The notes under the pieces were generated by a model that was given only the letters and a program-made list of their open reading frames with translations, did no database searches and had not been told where the DNA came from. From Octopus bimaculoides (lineage: Eukaryota), in contig NC_068997.1 of the NCBI RefSeq assembly GCF_001194135.2, forward strand, positions 49,897,796 to 49,961,795: a DNA stretch of 64,000 bases, written 5' to 3'. How positions within the stretch are numbered: position 1 is the stretch's first letter; the number at the start of each line of letters is the position of its first letter. The translations under genes were made by a program, and so were the position numbers. Positions 1 to 10,480 of this stretch are shown in pieces.

Positions 1-239
1 AAATCAAGTGACACACAGTCACTGATCTTGCAACAAGCAAATTAGTTTCGAACTAGCTGGAGGAGGTGACTGCCTGGGGTTAAAAATAGCAGTAACACCA
101 GGTCCTACAGAACAGCCATGTTTAAGTGGTGATAGGCATTACTACTCAGTGTAGTTACTTTCATCTCTTACAGAGATTTTCTAACAAGCTAATTTGCTTA
201 TATACAGAGAGAGAGAGAGATGTTTGTGTGCATGTGTAT

Positions 240-1390
240 ATCACTCTTTACTTTGATATCATTAATATCACACGCTAGTATCACTTGACATACAAGGAGT
301 GTCCTTTGTTTCCAATCTTCCAAGAAAAACATGACCAACCATGGAGAAATATTCTCTGGCTTAGATCTGATACAATGTTTAATATGGAATGTCTCTATTG
401 TTTGTGTAGATTGCTGATCAGATGGAACGTTATGTGTTGAGAAACACAATGGTTATCTATATGAAAGCTAAAAGATTTTATGACAATCTGCAGAATAGCC
501 ATGAAGCAACTTGTGATGCAAAACCTTTTCTGGTTATTGACTGCTGGTTTGAAAGGTTTAAAGAAGTGCCTTATTTTGTACAATATTAAAATAGTCAGTG
601 AAGCTGCCACTGCTGATGTAGAGTCTGCTATTAATTATCCTGCAAAACCAAAGAAACTGATTGCTGAAAAAAGCTACATACCAGAACAAGTGTACAATTT
701 TGATGAAGTTTGGCTTTTCTGGAAGTGTATGTCTGCCAGGACATTTAAAAAAAAATTCTGGTGAAGAAAACTGATACCAAACTTTAACCATTTAGCATTT
801 AGATTTTTTTTTTTTCTGTCTTGCGAGTACTTGGTGATTCTGTCAGTGCAGGTGCCACTTAACCCACCCAAGAGACATAAATGGTGGCACGTAAAAAGTG
901 CCATGCAAATGTGGCCGTTGCCAGTGCCGCCTGACTGGTTCCCTTGCCAGTGATACATAAAAACCACCCACTATACTCTCGGAGTGGTTGACATTAGGAA
1001 GGGCATCCAGCTGTAGAAACCTTGCCAGATCAGATTGGAGCCTGGTGCAGCCTTCTGGTTCACCAGTCCTCAGTCAAACCGTCCAATCCATGCCAGCATG
1101 GAAAACAGACCTTAAATGATGATGATGATGTTCTTTCTGATAACATCAGAATGGAATACAACCTTGAGAACACAGCTTCTTTGCTCCAGATCAAGGTGAC
1201 TTGATTAACTTCAAGGTTTATTATCTGAAAAGAACTTTTGGACAATGTAGAAAAGCAGTTGATAGGATAGATAATGCTAGCGTGAAAGATGTCTGGGAAA
1301 AGTTCCACATTATGGAATTATGATGGATGCTGTGGATGATGTCAGGTGAAGGAATCAAGTCATGGCTATGAATGGTATTGAAGGTTGTAT
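240..1390 (+). mobile_element. Degenerate Tigger/pogo DNA transposon remnant interrupted by a SINE
   Basis: Translation ATADVESAINYP...LIAEKSYIPEQVYNFDEVWLFWKCMSARTF resembles pogo/Tigger (FNxDETGLFWK.MP.RTF). The frame resumes after the SINE with LINFKVYYLKRTF; many stops and frameshifts. Confidence 0.7.
860..1130 (+). mobile_element. SINE family with RTE-like 3' tail ending in (GAT)n; representative copy
   Basis: Block cacccactacactctcggagtggttg...gggcatccagctgtagaaac...ccatgccagcatggaa...ttaaatgatgatg. It recurs at about 12790-12985 (as the tail of the RTE fragment), 24535-24700(-), 25120-25254(-), 26085-26360(-), 28205-28522, 29865-30140(-), 33950-34252 and 36410-36613. Confidence 0.85.
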
Positions 1391-1635
1391 ATATAAATGC
1401 TTCATCTAGGTGTATTTTTTTTATTGTGTAACAAAAATTTTCTCTTTATCTGATGAATTTCTCATGAGAAATTCTTTACATGTGTATATAACATGTAAAT
1501 CTCTGTAACAGCTATTAGCAAATGAAACATGTATAATGCAGAATAAATAATACCAAAACATTTCCACTTTCCTGTTTTGTTATATATGTATACTCTTTGT
1601 ATGTATGTATAATATATGTATATATATGTAATATA

Positions 1636-1666
<31 letters not shown>

Positions 1667-3635
1667 CAAATAATAAATGAGTATATGCATATATACGTAC
1701 ATGTATGTACATACCTACATTTACCTGTATATATAGATGCATATCTGGGTACAGGACGTTAAATATATACGTATATGTATGTACTTACATATATATGTAT
1801 ATATATTATGTATGTATATAATGAGAAGAGAAGAAGAATAAGAAGAGACATGAATAATGTAAGTTTTTAAATGAGTAGTAAATTAGATAGAAATAGTGTA
1901 AGGCAATGAACAAAAAACAACTACACACACAAACAAACAAACATATATATATATATAATGTACTGATCCATGATAGAAAATTCAACAAAAAATGTACTCC
2001 ATCTGGTGAGAGATAAATATTATTTATTTAAAGGACACAATGCATGCATTAAAGTGCTACTAATAGTTTCATATGTTGAGAAAACTCAAACATATTCTTC
2101 AGATGCAAACCACATATCATAACAAAAAAAAAATTCTTTAGTTCATTATGATATATGATTTGCACCTGGAGAATATGTTTCAGTTTTATTTATGCCCCAA
2201 AAACCTGCTTAACAATGGTTTCAAATTTTGACGCAAGGCCAGCATGTTCCAGGGAAGGGAGAAGTCGATTACCTCAACTCTAGTGCTTGACTTGTACTTA
2301 TTTTATCGATCCTGAAAGAATAAAAGGCAAAGTCGACCTCGGCAGAAATTGAACTCAGAACCTAAAGACAGGTGAAATGCCGCTAAGCACTTTGCCCAGC
2401 ATGCTAATGATTAAGCCAGCTTGCTGCCTTACACCAGCTTAAAAATCCTTTCTGCTGCAGACAGAAGGCTGGAAATTTTAGGGGAGGGTGCTGATCAATT
2501 ACGTTGAACCCAGGGCTCAGCTGGGGCTTATTTTTACATCAATCCTGAAAGGATGAAAGACGAAGTTAAGCTTCACAGAATTTGAACTCTGAGCATAAAG
2601 ATGGATGAAATGCTACTAAGCATTTTGTCCAGCATGCTAACAATTATTTTACTAAATGTTTAATTGCAAAATAAATTGAAACAAAGGTGGTATATGGTAA
2701 CAAAAGGGTTAAATAGTATCTGTTACATGATTGGTGCATATTTTATTAACTGCGTGGATTAAAGATTTAACTTCAGTTTGGTGGGTTTTGAAATCAGATG
2801 TAAAGTATTTAGATACCATTGTTCTCTACTGACACAGACGTGGGTATGGAGTTAAGAAGTTTGCTTCAGCAATCACATGGGTTGAGGTTCAATCTCACTG
2901 AATAGCATTTTGGGTAAATGCCTTCTACAATAGCCCTGCACTAATCAAAGCCTTGTGAGCAAATTTGGTTGACGGAAACTTAAATACAAGACATTTTGTC
3001 TAACTCTCCACTGATTCCGTAAACCACTTCTCTCTCAAATAATCCGTACTTCTACAAGCATAAGTCCCAAAATTTTTTGTAGAAGGAGCTAGTCGATTAC
3101 ATCAACACCAATGCTCAACTGGTATTTATTTCATGCCTCTTCATCTCCAAAAGGATGAAAGATAAAATCAACCTTGAATTGAGAACCTAAAGACAGATGG
3201 AATGCTTCTGAGCATGTTGTCTGACATGTTAATGAATCTGCCAGCTTGTTCTCTTTCAAATAATAATAATTTCTCATCATGAGGAGATGGGTTCATTTTA
3301 CTCGTTTCAGTCATTATCTGTAGTCATACAGGGGTACTATTATAAAGGGTTCAGTCAATCAACAGTGTATGAATTTTGAAGTCTAGTACTTATTCCATCA
3401 GGCATTTTTGCTGAACCACTAAGTTACAAGTATGGAAACAGACCAACACTAGTTGTCAAGTAGAGAGAGAGACAAACATAAACACGATTACAGTTCTGAA
3501 AGAAGGACTCCAGCATGAGCTTAGCTTTCATGGTGAAAACAAAACTAAAACACTAAAAAAAAAAACTCTGAAGTGTATCAAACTTTTAATAAAAGTTCAT
3601 GCAGGAAATATTTTACAAAGCAGAAGAGTTGCCTC

Positions 3636-4394
3636 GGATCTTTGGGGTTTGACGGGCAACATTTGTTTTCTTAACGAAACACTTTCAAACTTGGGACACT
3701 GGTAGAATGTGTCATATAAAACTTCTTCTCTTAACCTTCTTAACAAAAAATTGTACATCGCAAGTTATTTCATGTTAAATTTGTCGTATTTCTGTAATTT
3801 CAACCAATCACTGACGTCTATTCAGCTGAATACAGTTACTGCTGTTCGGTGTCAAGTGTGTTATTCCCTGTTTAATTATATCATTATTCCCTAGTAAGGG
3901 TTTAGGGTTTTAGGGTTCGGGTTTTAGGGTGTTAGGGTTAGGGTTATGAGTTATAGGGTTAGAGTTAAGGTTATGGCAAAAATAATCATAAAACTAACCC
4001 TAACTCTAAAACCNNNNNNNNNNNNNNNNNNNNNNNNNNNNNNNNNNNNNNNNNNNNNNNNNNNNNNNNNNNNNTAAAGCTAAAACCAATACAAACGCAC
4101 GAACGATGTCATAAATAAGAGTAACACGGGTAGTTGTTGACAAACAACGGGACTAATTTTATTCAAGGGAAAAGATCCCATGACACCGTTACTCAATTAA
4201 TTGTTTTCACCTCAATAGACGTCAGTGGTGGGTTGAAATTACCGAAATACGACAATTTTTTACATAAAATAACTTCGAATACAAAATTTTTTATCTGTTC
4301 TATACCACAAAATATACAAATATTCGAAGTTTGAAAGGTTTTCGGTACCAAAAACACTACAAAAAAAATGTTGCCCGTCAAACCCCAAAGATCC
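3636..4394. mobile_element. Non-autonomous DNA transposon (MITE), Merlin-like, with internal TTAGGG-like repeats
   Basis: Perfect 29-bp TIR GGATCTTTGGGGTTTGACGGGCAACATTT at both ends, imperfect inverted arms of about 190 bp, and an exact 8-bp TSD GTTGCCTC (3628-3635 and 4395-4402). GG termini with an 8-bp TSD fit Merlin. Confidence 0.85.
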
Positions 4395-4441
4395 GTTGCC
4401 TCTTTAAAGTTATCAAAGACAGGAATGAACTAAAGCGAAAA

Positions 4442-5920
4442 TTACCATTTTGCAACGAGGTTATCACCATTTTCTATACTGTAATACGACAGTTGATGCA
4501 AATCATTCTCTAATTGAACTTCCACTTTAGAATTTTTTTTACTGATATAAGATAATTCTAGGTTAGTTATTTCTTCAATTTTAAAGAGTTTTTGTACAAA
4601 TAACTTCAGTTTTAGAATGGTCATGGTTGGAGATAATTTCTTGTTCTTGAACACTTTATCAGGAATATTAACGGTTTGAATATCAACTGCAACTAATTTA
4701 TCTCGTAGAACACTAGTTTTGGTTATCAATGATTCAGGACTTGCATGTCCATAAAACCTTACCAGTTCTTTGTATCTCGAACATGTTTTAGCTCTGTCTT
4801 CTTCACTGATATTTTTCTCTAATGCGTGTTTCTCAACCATGCGTAGATAAAATATTTCAGCATTTTTCCGTTCTTCGTCACGGAAGTCGGCTTTTGCATA
4901 TTTTTTTAAACTGCCAATTTTGGCAATTATCAAATTAAATAGTTTGTCCTCATCTATATCTGCTGCTGGATTATGAAGGAAAGAAAACTCGGTAAGGTTG
5001 GTTAATTTACTAAGCTCATCGATTGATGACAGGTTATCGATGAGGTTGCTGCTTAAATCTAAACACTTAAGAGAACGAAAATATGTGGTTTTCTCGCCGT
5101 CTTCCAAAGATACGTCATTAAAAGAGACAGCTGTCAGTTGATTGTTATTCACATAAAGTGTGCTCAATTGTGGAAGCTGACCAAGTTTTAAAAGTTCATT
5201 CCAGTCACTTAAGCGATTGTCTGTTAATGAGAGAAATTTCAGTTTCGTCAATTTCCCCTTGGGAGCATTCAATTTATCCAAATTATTAAAACACACGTAC
5301 AAACCTCGAAGGGACGGAAACATCGACGTAGCAGATAAAATGTCAACCCAGTCGTAGTTCATTCGGTTTAAAACCAGATCTTGTACACTAGCAAAATATT
5401 TTGACAAGTTTTCCGCGTGTTCAGGAATTGTTAAACGGTTATCACTTATATTCAATTTTAACAAATTAGGAATTAAGCTAGTAATTTCCGCAACTTGAGT
5501 CCAGTTCTTCAACAAATTATCAGAAAGATCTAGTTCTGTTATTTTTGAGGCAATCGCCGAAAACTGACTGGTCACTTCCTGGGAACCAAGACCATAAATT
5601 GCATGATTATTGAGAATCAGAATTCTTGAAGGCACATCAATAACATCTTTAACTTTACAGAGATAAGCGTCAGGGAAAGATTGTCCTAATTTGGCCTTTA
5701 CCGGTTTAATAAACGAACCTGATTTAGGATGGTCTGCTTGAAAATAACGCCTACCTTTATAGCTACCGTCATGTTTTCCCCGATGAATTTCATCCCAATC
5801 AATACCAAGCCAAACTCCTTCCATTGCGTCAACTTCTCCTATAAATTTTATCGTCCCAAAATAATCATCACATTCAATACGATCACCAATAACCAGTTCG
5901 CTTCCATCTTCTCGATTCAT
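4442..5920 (-). CDS. TBCE: Tubulin-specific chaperone E (TBCE), single-exon ORF, about 492 aa from the ATG at 5920 (the ORF track starts at an upstream TTG, 5941)
   Basis: Uninterrupted ORF with an N-terminal CAP-Gly domain (GDRIECDDYFGTIKFIGEV...WLGIDWDEIHRGKHDGSYKGRRYF), a run of LRRs (ITELDLSDNLL, LLKLNISDNRL, LKFLSLTDNRL, LKCLDLSSNLI), the ERKNAEIFYL helix, and a C-terminal ubiquitin-like domain ending LSYYSIENGDNLVAKW. This is the diagnostic TBCE domain order. Confidence 0.95.
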   Translation of the reverse strand: MNREDGSELVIGDRIECDDYFGTIKFIGEVDAMEGVWLGIDWDEIHRGKHDGSYKGRRYFQADHPKSGSFIKPVKAKLGQSFPDAYLCKVKDVIDVPSRILILNNHAIYGLGSQEVTSQFSAIASKITELDLSDNLLKNWTQVAEITSLIPNLLKLNISDNRLTIPEHAENLSKYFASVQDLVLNRMNYDWVDILSATSMFPSLRGLYVCFNNLDKLNAPKGKLTKLKFLSLTDNRLSDWNELLKLGQLPQLSTLYVNNNQLTAVSFNDVSLEDGEKTTYFRSLKCLDLSSNLIDNLSSIDELSKLTNLTEFSFLHNPAADIDEDKLFNLIIAKIGSLKKYAKADFRDEERKNAEIFYLRMVEKHALEKNISEEDRAKTCSRYKELVRFYGHASPESLITKTSVLRDKLVAVDIQTVNIPDKVFKNKKLSPTMTILKLKLFVQKLFKIEEITNLELSYISKKNSKVEVQLENDLHQLSYYSIENGDNLVAKW

Positions 5921-6749
5921 GTTTGGAGATTTCAGTTTCAAGGAATTATCTCGCTTTCACCGGGCATCACTCCACTTATTTCCCTTAGATAGATAATCTT
6001 TTTTTTTTTTTTTAATTACATCAACCCATTTAAACGATTTCGGGACGGAATTTTAAGAATATTCATACTTAATATTTAATTATATATTTGATGTAATTTT
6101 TTTAATAGTATCTTCTTTGGTTTCAGTTTGTTAACGGTCAATTTCCTAGTTCAATGCATTTCTGCAAGGGAACATCTTATACTCGGAGAACTTTATTCTA
6201 TCAACACCGGTTTTAAGGAATGTTCTGTCCATCTTCACCAACATCAGTCACACACACATCNNNNNNNNNNGAAATTACTGGCCTTGTGCCAAAATTTGAA
6301 ACTATTGTTTTTTTTTGGGTTTTAAAATGTGGCATATCTACAGTTTGGTGCCCCGATCCGATTTTTTACCTTCGTAACATCCTGTTTCGCTGCATATTTC
6401 TTAATGAAATTTTGCAGAGCTGCATTTTTAAATGTGTTGCTTTCGATTATGTTCATGCATCCCGACTTTACGAATAGCTTACTCCTATATAAATCGACGA
6501 TATCCAATAACTTGAATATTTTCGATTGTAACGTAAACACTGGTTAGTTTTATTTGGGAGCAGCACATTTATTTCTTTATTGCCCACAGGGGGCTAAGCA
6601 TAGAGGGGACAAACAAGGACAGACAAAGGGTTTAAGCATTTCGCCCGGGCATGCTAACGATTCTGCCAGCTGACATTCCCAGACCAAATACTCCCAACTC
6701 CAGAACTGAGCAATTCTACAACTCTATAATAAGCACTGTGTTGTATTTT

Positions 6750-7135
6750 GCGTTTATTCTTTTACTTGTTTCAGGCATTTGACTGCGATCATGCTGGAGC
6801 ACCGCCTTTTAGTCGAGCAAATCGACCCCCAAGACTTATTCTTTGTAAGCTTGATACTTATTCTATCGGTGTCTTTTGCCGAACCTCTAAGTTACAGGGA
6901 CATAAACATACCAACATCGGTTGTCAAGGGAGGTGGGGGAACAAAGACAAATAAATATATATATGTATGTATGACGGGCTTCTTTTAGTTTCCGTCTCCC
7001 AAATCCATTCACAAAGTTCTGGTCAGTCAGAGGCTTTAGTAGAAGACATTTGCCCAAGGTGCCACGCAGTGGGACTGAACCCAGATCCATGTGGCTAGGA
7101 AGCAAGCTTCTTACCACACATCTATGCCTGTGTCT
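6750..7135 (-). mobile_element. Composite tRNA-derived SINE (head - microsatellite - body); representative copy
   Basis: Head gtgtggtaagaagcttgcttcc...gggttcagtcccactgcgtggcaccttgggcaa and body gtccccgtaacttagcggttcggcaaaagagaccgatag...ccagcatggccgcagtc. Related copies at about 23745-23905, 28540-28695, 36160-36760, 43075-43380, 52640-52800, 57050-57200, 57820-58150 and 59350-59610. Confidence 0.85.
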
Positions 7136-7581
7136 ATACACTATTTTATACAGTGTTAAACTACATTTTAACCTCAAACTAATTGGTATCATGTTAAGGT
7201 ATTCACCTGAAGATAATCAGTTGATGAAGTTAAAATTATTCAAATAAAAACAAATGAAATTACCCAACTTAAAACAAACAAAAAATCCCAGTTCCTTTGA
7301 GTCAGACAACAAAATAATAAGCGTATATTAGAAAAAAATCTCCATTGGTCATGAATGACCATGGGATTGCACATACACGGTTACCCTCTGAGGCACAAGT
7401 CTCAGCTGTAGCAAGGGGAAAACATTTTTAAAAGAAAATTTCTCTTGTTGGTTGAGAAGTGCTCAGTTTTGTTTAAGAGCATATTGAGTAGTGTACCTTG
7501 GACAACACTACTCATTGCGCTGTTTTAAGACAATAAGGGAGTAATTTGAGAGAGATTTAGCAGTTAGTATATATCATTGTT

Positions 7582-7965
7582 GGCACTCCGTCGCTTACGA
7601 CGTCGAGGGTTCCAGTTGATCCGATCAACGGAACAGCCTGCTCGTGAAATTAACGTGCAAGTGGCTAAGCACTCCACAGACACGTGTACTCTTAATGTAG
7701 TTCTCGGGGATATTCGGCGTGACACAGTGTGACAAGGCTGACCCTTTGAATTACAGGCACAACAGAAACAGGAAGTAAGAGTGAGAGAAAGTTGTGGTGA
7801 AAGAGTACAGCAGGCGAACCCTGCTGTACTCTTTCGCCTGCTGTACTCCCTGCCGGAGCCACGTGGAGCTTTAGGTGTTTTCGCTCAATAAACACTCACA
7901 ACGCCCAGTCTGGGAATCGAAACCGTGAGTCCGCTGCCCTAACCCCTGGGCCATTGCGCCTCCAC
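7582..7965 (-). mobile_element. tRNA-derived SINE (second family)
   Basis: Minus-strand head ggaggcgcaatggcccagggg ttagggcagcggactc...gtttcgattcccag with A/B-box-like motifs. Its 3' body is shared with the plus-strand copy at about 32550-32870. Confidence 0.75.
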
Positions 7966-8230
7966 TAGAAGCTCTCTAGTGAGAATGAAATGTACATCGT
8001 CGTTGAGAGTTATCTCCCTTGAAATTACACCTCGCATGTCCTGTTAAGACCATGTGTTGGTGAATTCCTATCTTATTCGTCCCATCATGGAATAATTAAC
8101 ATCAAGGAATCAAATATCGAAGAAGAAATCAAAAAAGGGCTTACTAAACTTTGTATTAGTTAAGTTCTATTCTTTCCTGTGTCTCAGTTTCCCTGACTGT
8201 TATTTGTGTTTATTAATTTTCATCTTAAAA

Positions 8231-8407
8231 ATGTTTACGTCTTCACACGAATCATCCCAACATTTAAAAAACTTAAAAAGGAAATATTCCGCGATCGATG
8301 AAAACAACCTTTCTACCAGAAAGAGAGCACGACAAGACAACAAAATTAAAAAGGCAATTTCTCTCTTTACACTTTGGTCAACAAATCCCCGGAAGAAACA
8401 AAAAACG
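8231..8407 (+). CDS. REXO5: REXO5-like predicted first coding exon (MFTSSHESSQ...RKKQKT)
   Basis: ATG at 8231, 59 codons, phase-0 donor GTAAGA at 8408, basic NLS-like stretch RKRARQDNKIKK. A pyrimidine-rich acceptor (gtctcag, 8187) upstream implies a further 5'UTR exon. The link to the next exon rests on phase and composition, not on a diagnostic motif. Confidence 0.65.
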
Positions 8408-8665
8408 GTAAGAAATATTCTACACACATATATAGTAATAAATACATACATTAGATATATATACATCAAGGCGGTGTTGAGCACATATTTTCATCGTTCG
8501 ATATATACGTATGTATATGTATAAAGTAACGATTTTTTGCCAACCTAGTGTGGCAGTCCCATTTTGGGGCGAATGCTACTGTTGTAGCACCAAGAGACAT
8601 CGTCTCCATTTGGTTATACGACACACGATCTGTATCCTTATATTTTCGAACCGAGGAGGTTAGTG

Positions 8666-8701
<36 letters not shown>

Positions 8702-10443
8702 CACGCAAATGTTGAACAATGAGAATGAGTGCTCAACATCGCATTGGTGGCTAAAAAGTCTTTATCTGTGTATTTATCTGCGCTTAATAACGACTGTTTT
8801 GTTTATGTCCCCCTAATACAGCGTTTCGGTAAAAGAGACCGATAGAATAAGCACCAGATTTTTTTTTTTAATAAAGTATTGGGGTCGATTTGTTCACCTA
8901 AACCTGTCAAAGTGATTCCCTCTAGCATGACTGGGTACTACTAAAGCAGCGCGGACGCGCGACTGCGTGTTCGGATCCGCGAGTGCCCATGACTGTAGTC
9001 CAATGGCTGAAACAAGTAAAAGCTATATATATATATATATTGAAAGTTTGTTTACGGGAAATGTTTTGAAAATGCAAATAAAGCCGCTATTCCATGGTGC
9101 TGTTATAGCATGCCACTTATTCCATCGGTCTCTTTTGCCTAACTGCTAAATTAGGGGTTGATTCATTCAACTAAAAATTCTTAAAAGCTGTGCCCCAGCA
9201 CGGCCGCAATTGATGACTGAAGCAAGTAAAAGACAAGAAAATTGCTACAGCTATAGCAACCATGCGTAAACGGACAGTGGAACCCAGTGTGGCTTGAGGC
9301 CTTGTTAGCTCCTGTCAAATTATCCAACTTATGTCAGCATGGAGAACAGGTATTAAATGATGATGGAACTGTGTGGAAGCCTGTCATATAGGGCTTTCCT
9401 ATAAGTAGGTTATCTCCCTTGGCTAGGCGGCGCTCCATGTAGATAATTAAACTTCCGGAGGCTACCCACGCCATTGTTATTGTTTTACGTCTTATCATGG
9501 ATATAAAGCAGCTTGATGATTCAGCTATCGAAGTACTTACTGTGCCTGAGTTAAAGAAATATTTAAGATTATATGGACAATATGTTACTGAAAGAAAGGC
9601 GGACTTGATTGAAAGGTATAAAAATTCTGTCGATATGGCAACAAAGTAAATTCATNNNNNNNNNNNNNNNNNNNNNNNNNNNNNNNNNNNNNNNNNNNNN
9701 NNNNNNNNNNNNNNNNNNNNNNNNNNNNNNNNNNNNNNNNNNNNNNNNNNNNNNNNNNNNNNNNNNNNNNNNNNNNNNNNNNNNNNNNNNNNNNNNNNNN
9801 NNNNNNNNNNNNNNNNNNNNNNNNNNNNNNNNNNNNNNNNNNNNNNNNNNNNNNNNNNNNNNNNNNNNNNNNNNNNNNNNNNNNNNNNNNNNNNNNNNNN
9901 NNNNNNNNNNNNNNNNNNNNNNNNNNNNNNNNNNNNNNNNNNNNNNNNNNNNNNNNNNNNNNNNNNNNNNNNNNNNNNNNNNNNNNNNNNNNNNNNNNNN
10001 NNNNNNNNNNNNNNNNNNNNNNNNNNNNNNNNNNNNNNNNNNNNNNNNNNNNNNNNNNNNNNNNNNNNNNNNNNNNNNNNNNNNNNNNNNNNNNNNNNNN
10101 NNNNNNNNNNNNNNNNNNNNNNNNNNNNNNNNNNNNNNNNNNNNNNNNNNNNNNNNNNNNNNNNNNNNNNNNNNNNNNNNNNNNNNNNNNNNNNNNNNNN
10201 NNNNNNNNNNNNNNNNNNNNNNNNNNNNNNNNNNNNNNNNNNNNNNNNNNNNNNNNNNNNNNNNNNNNNNNNNNNNNNNNNNNNNNNNNNNNNNNNNNNN
10301 NNNNNNNNNNNNNNNNNNNNNNNNNNNNNNNNNNNNNNNNNNNNNTGGTCAGTTTGACAGGATCTGATGGACCAAAGGACTGCTTCATGTTCCAGTGTTT
10401 GATTAGCATGGTTCTTCAGCTGGATACCTTTCCTAATGCCATA

Positions 10444-10480
<37 letters not shown>

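Noticed and set aside
3895-4013. TTAGGG-like repeats as a telomere or chromosome-fusion scar
   Set aside because: Degenerate, short and enclosed within a TIR/TSD-bounded MITE, so part of the transposon.
8525-8670. Possible Helitron 3' end or snRNA-like sequence (minus-strand hairpin followed by CTAG)
   Set aside because: The hairpin is only about 4 bp, the base after CTAG is not T, no 5' TC end was identified, and it does not match the U1/U2/U4/U5/U6 sequences I recall.
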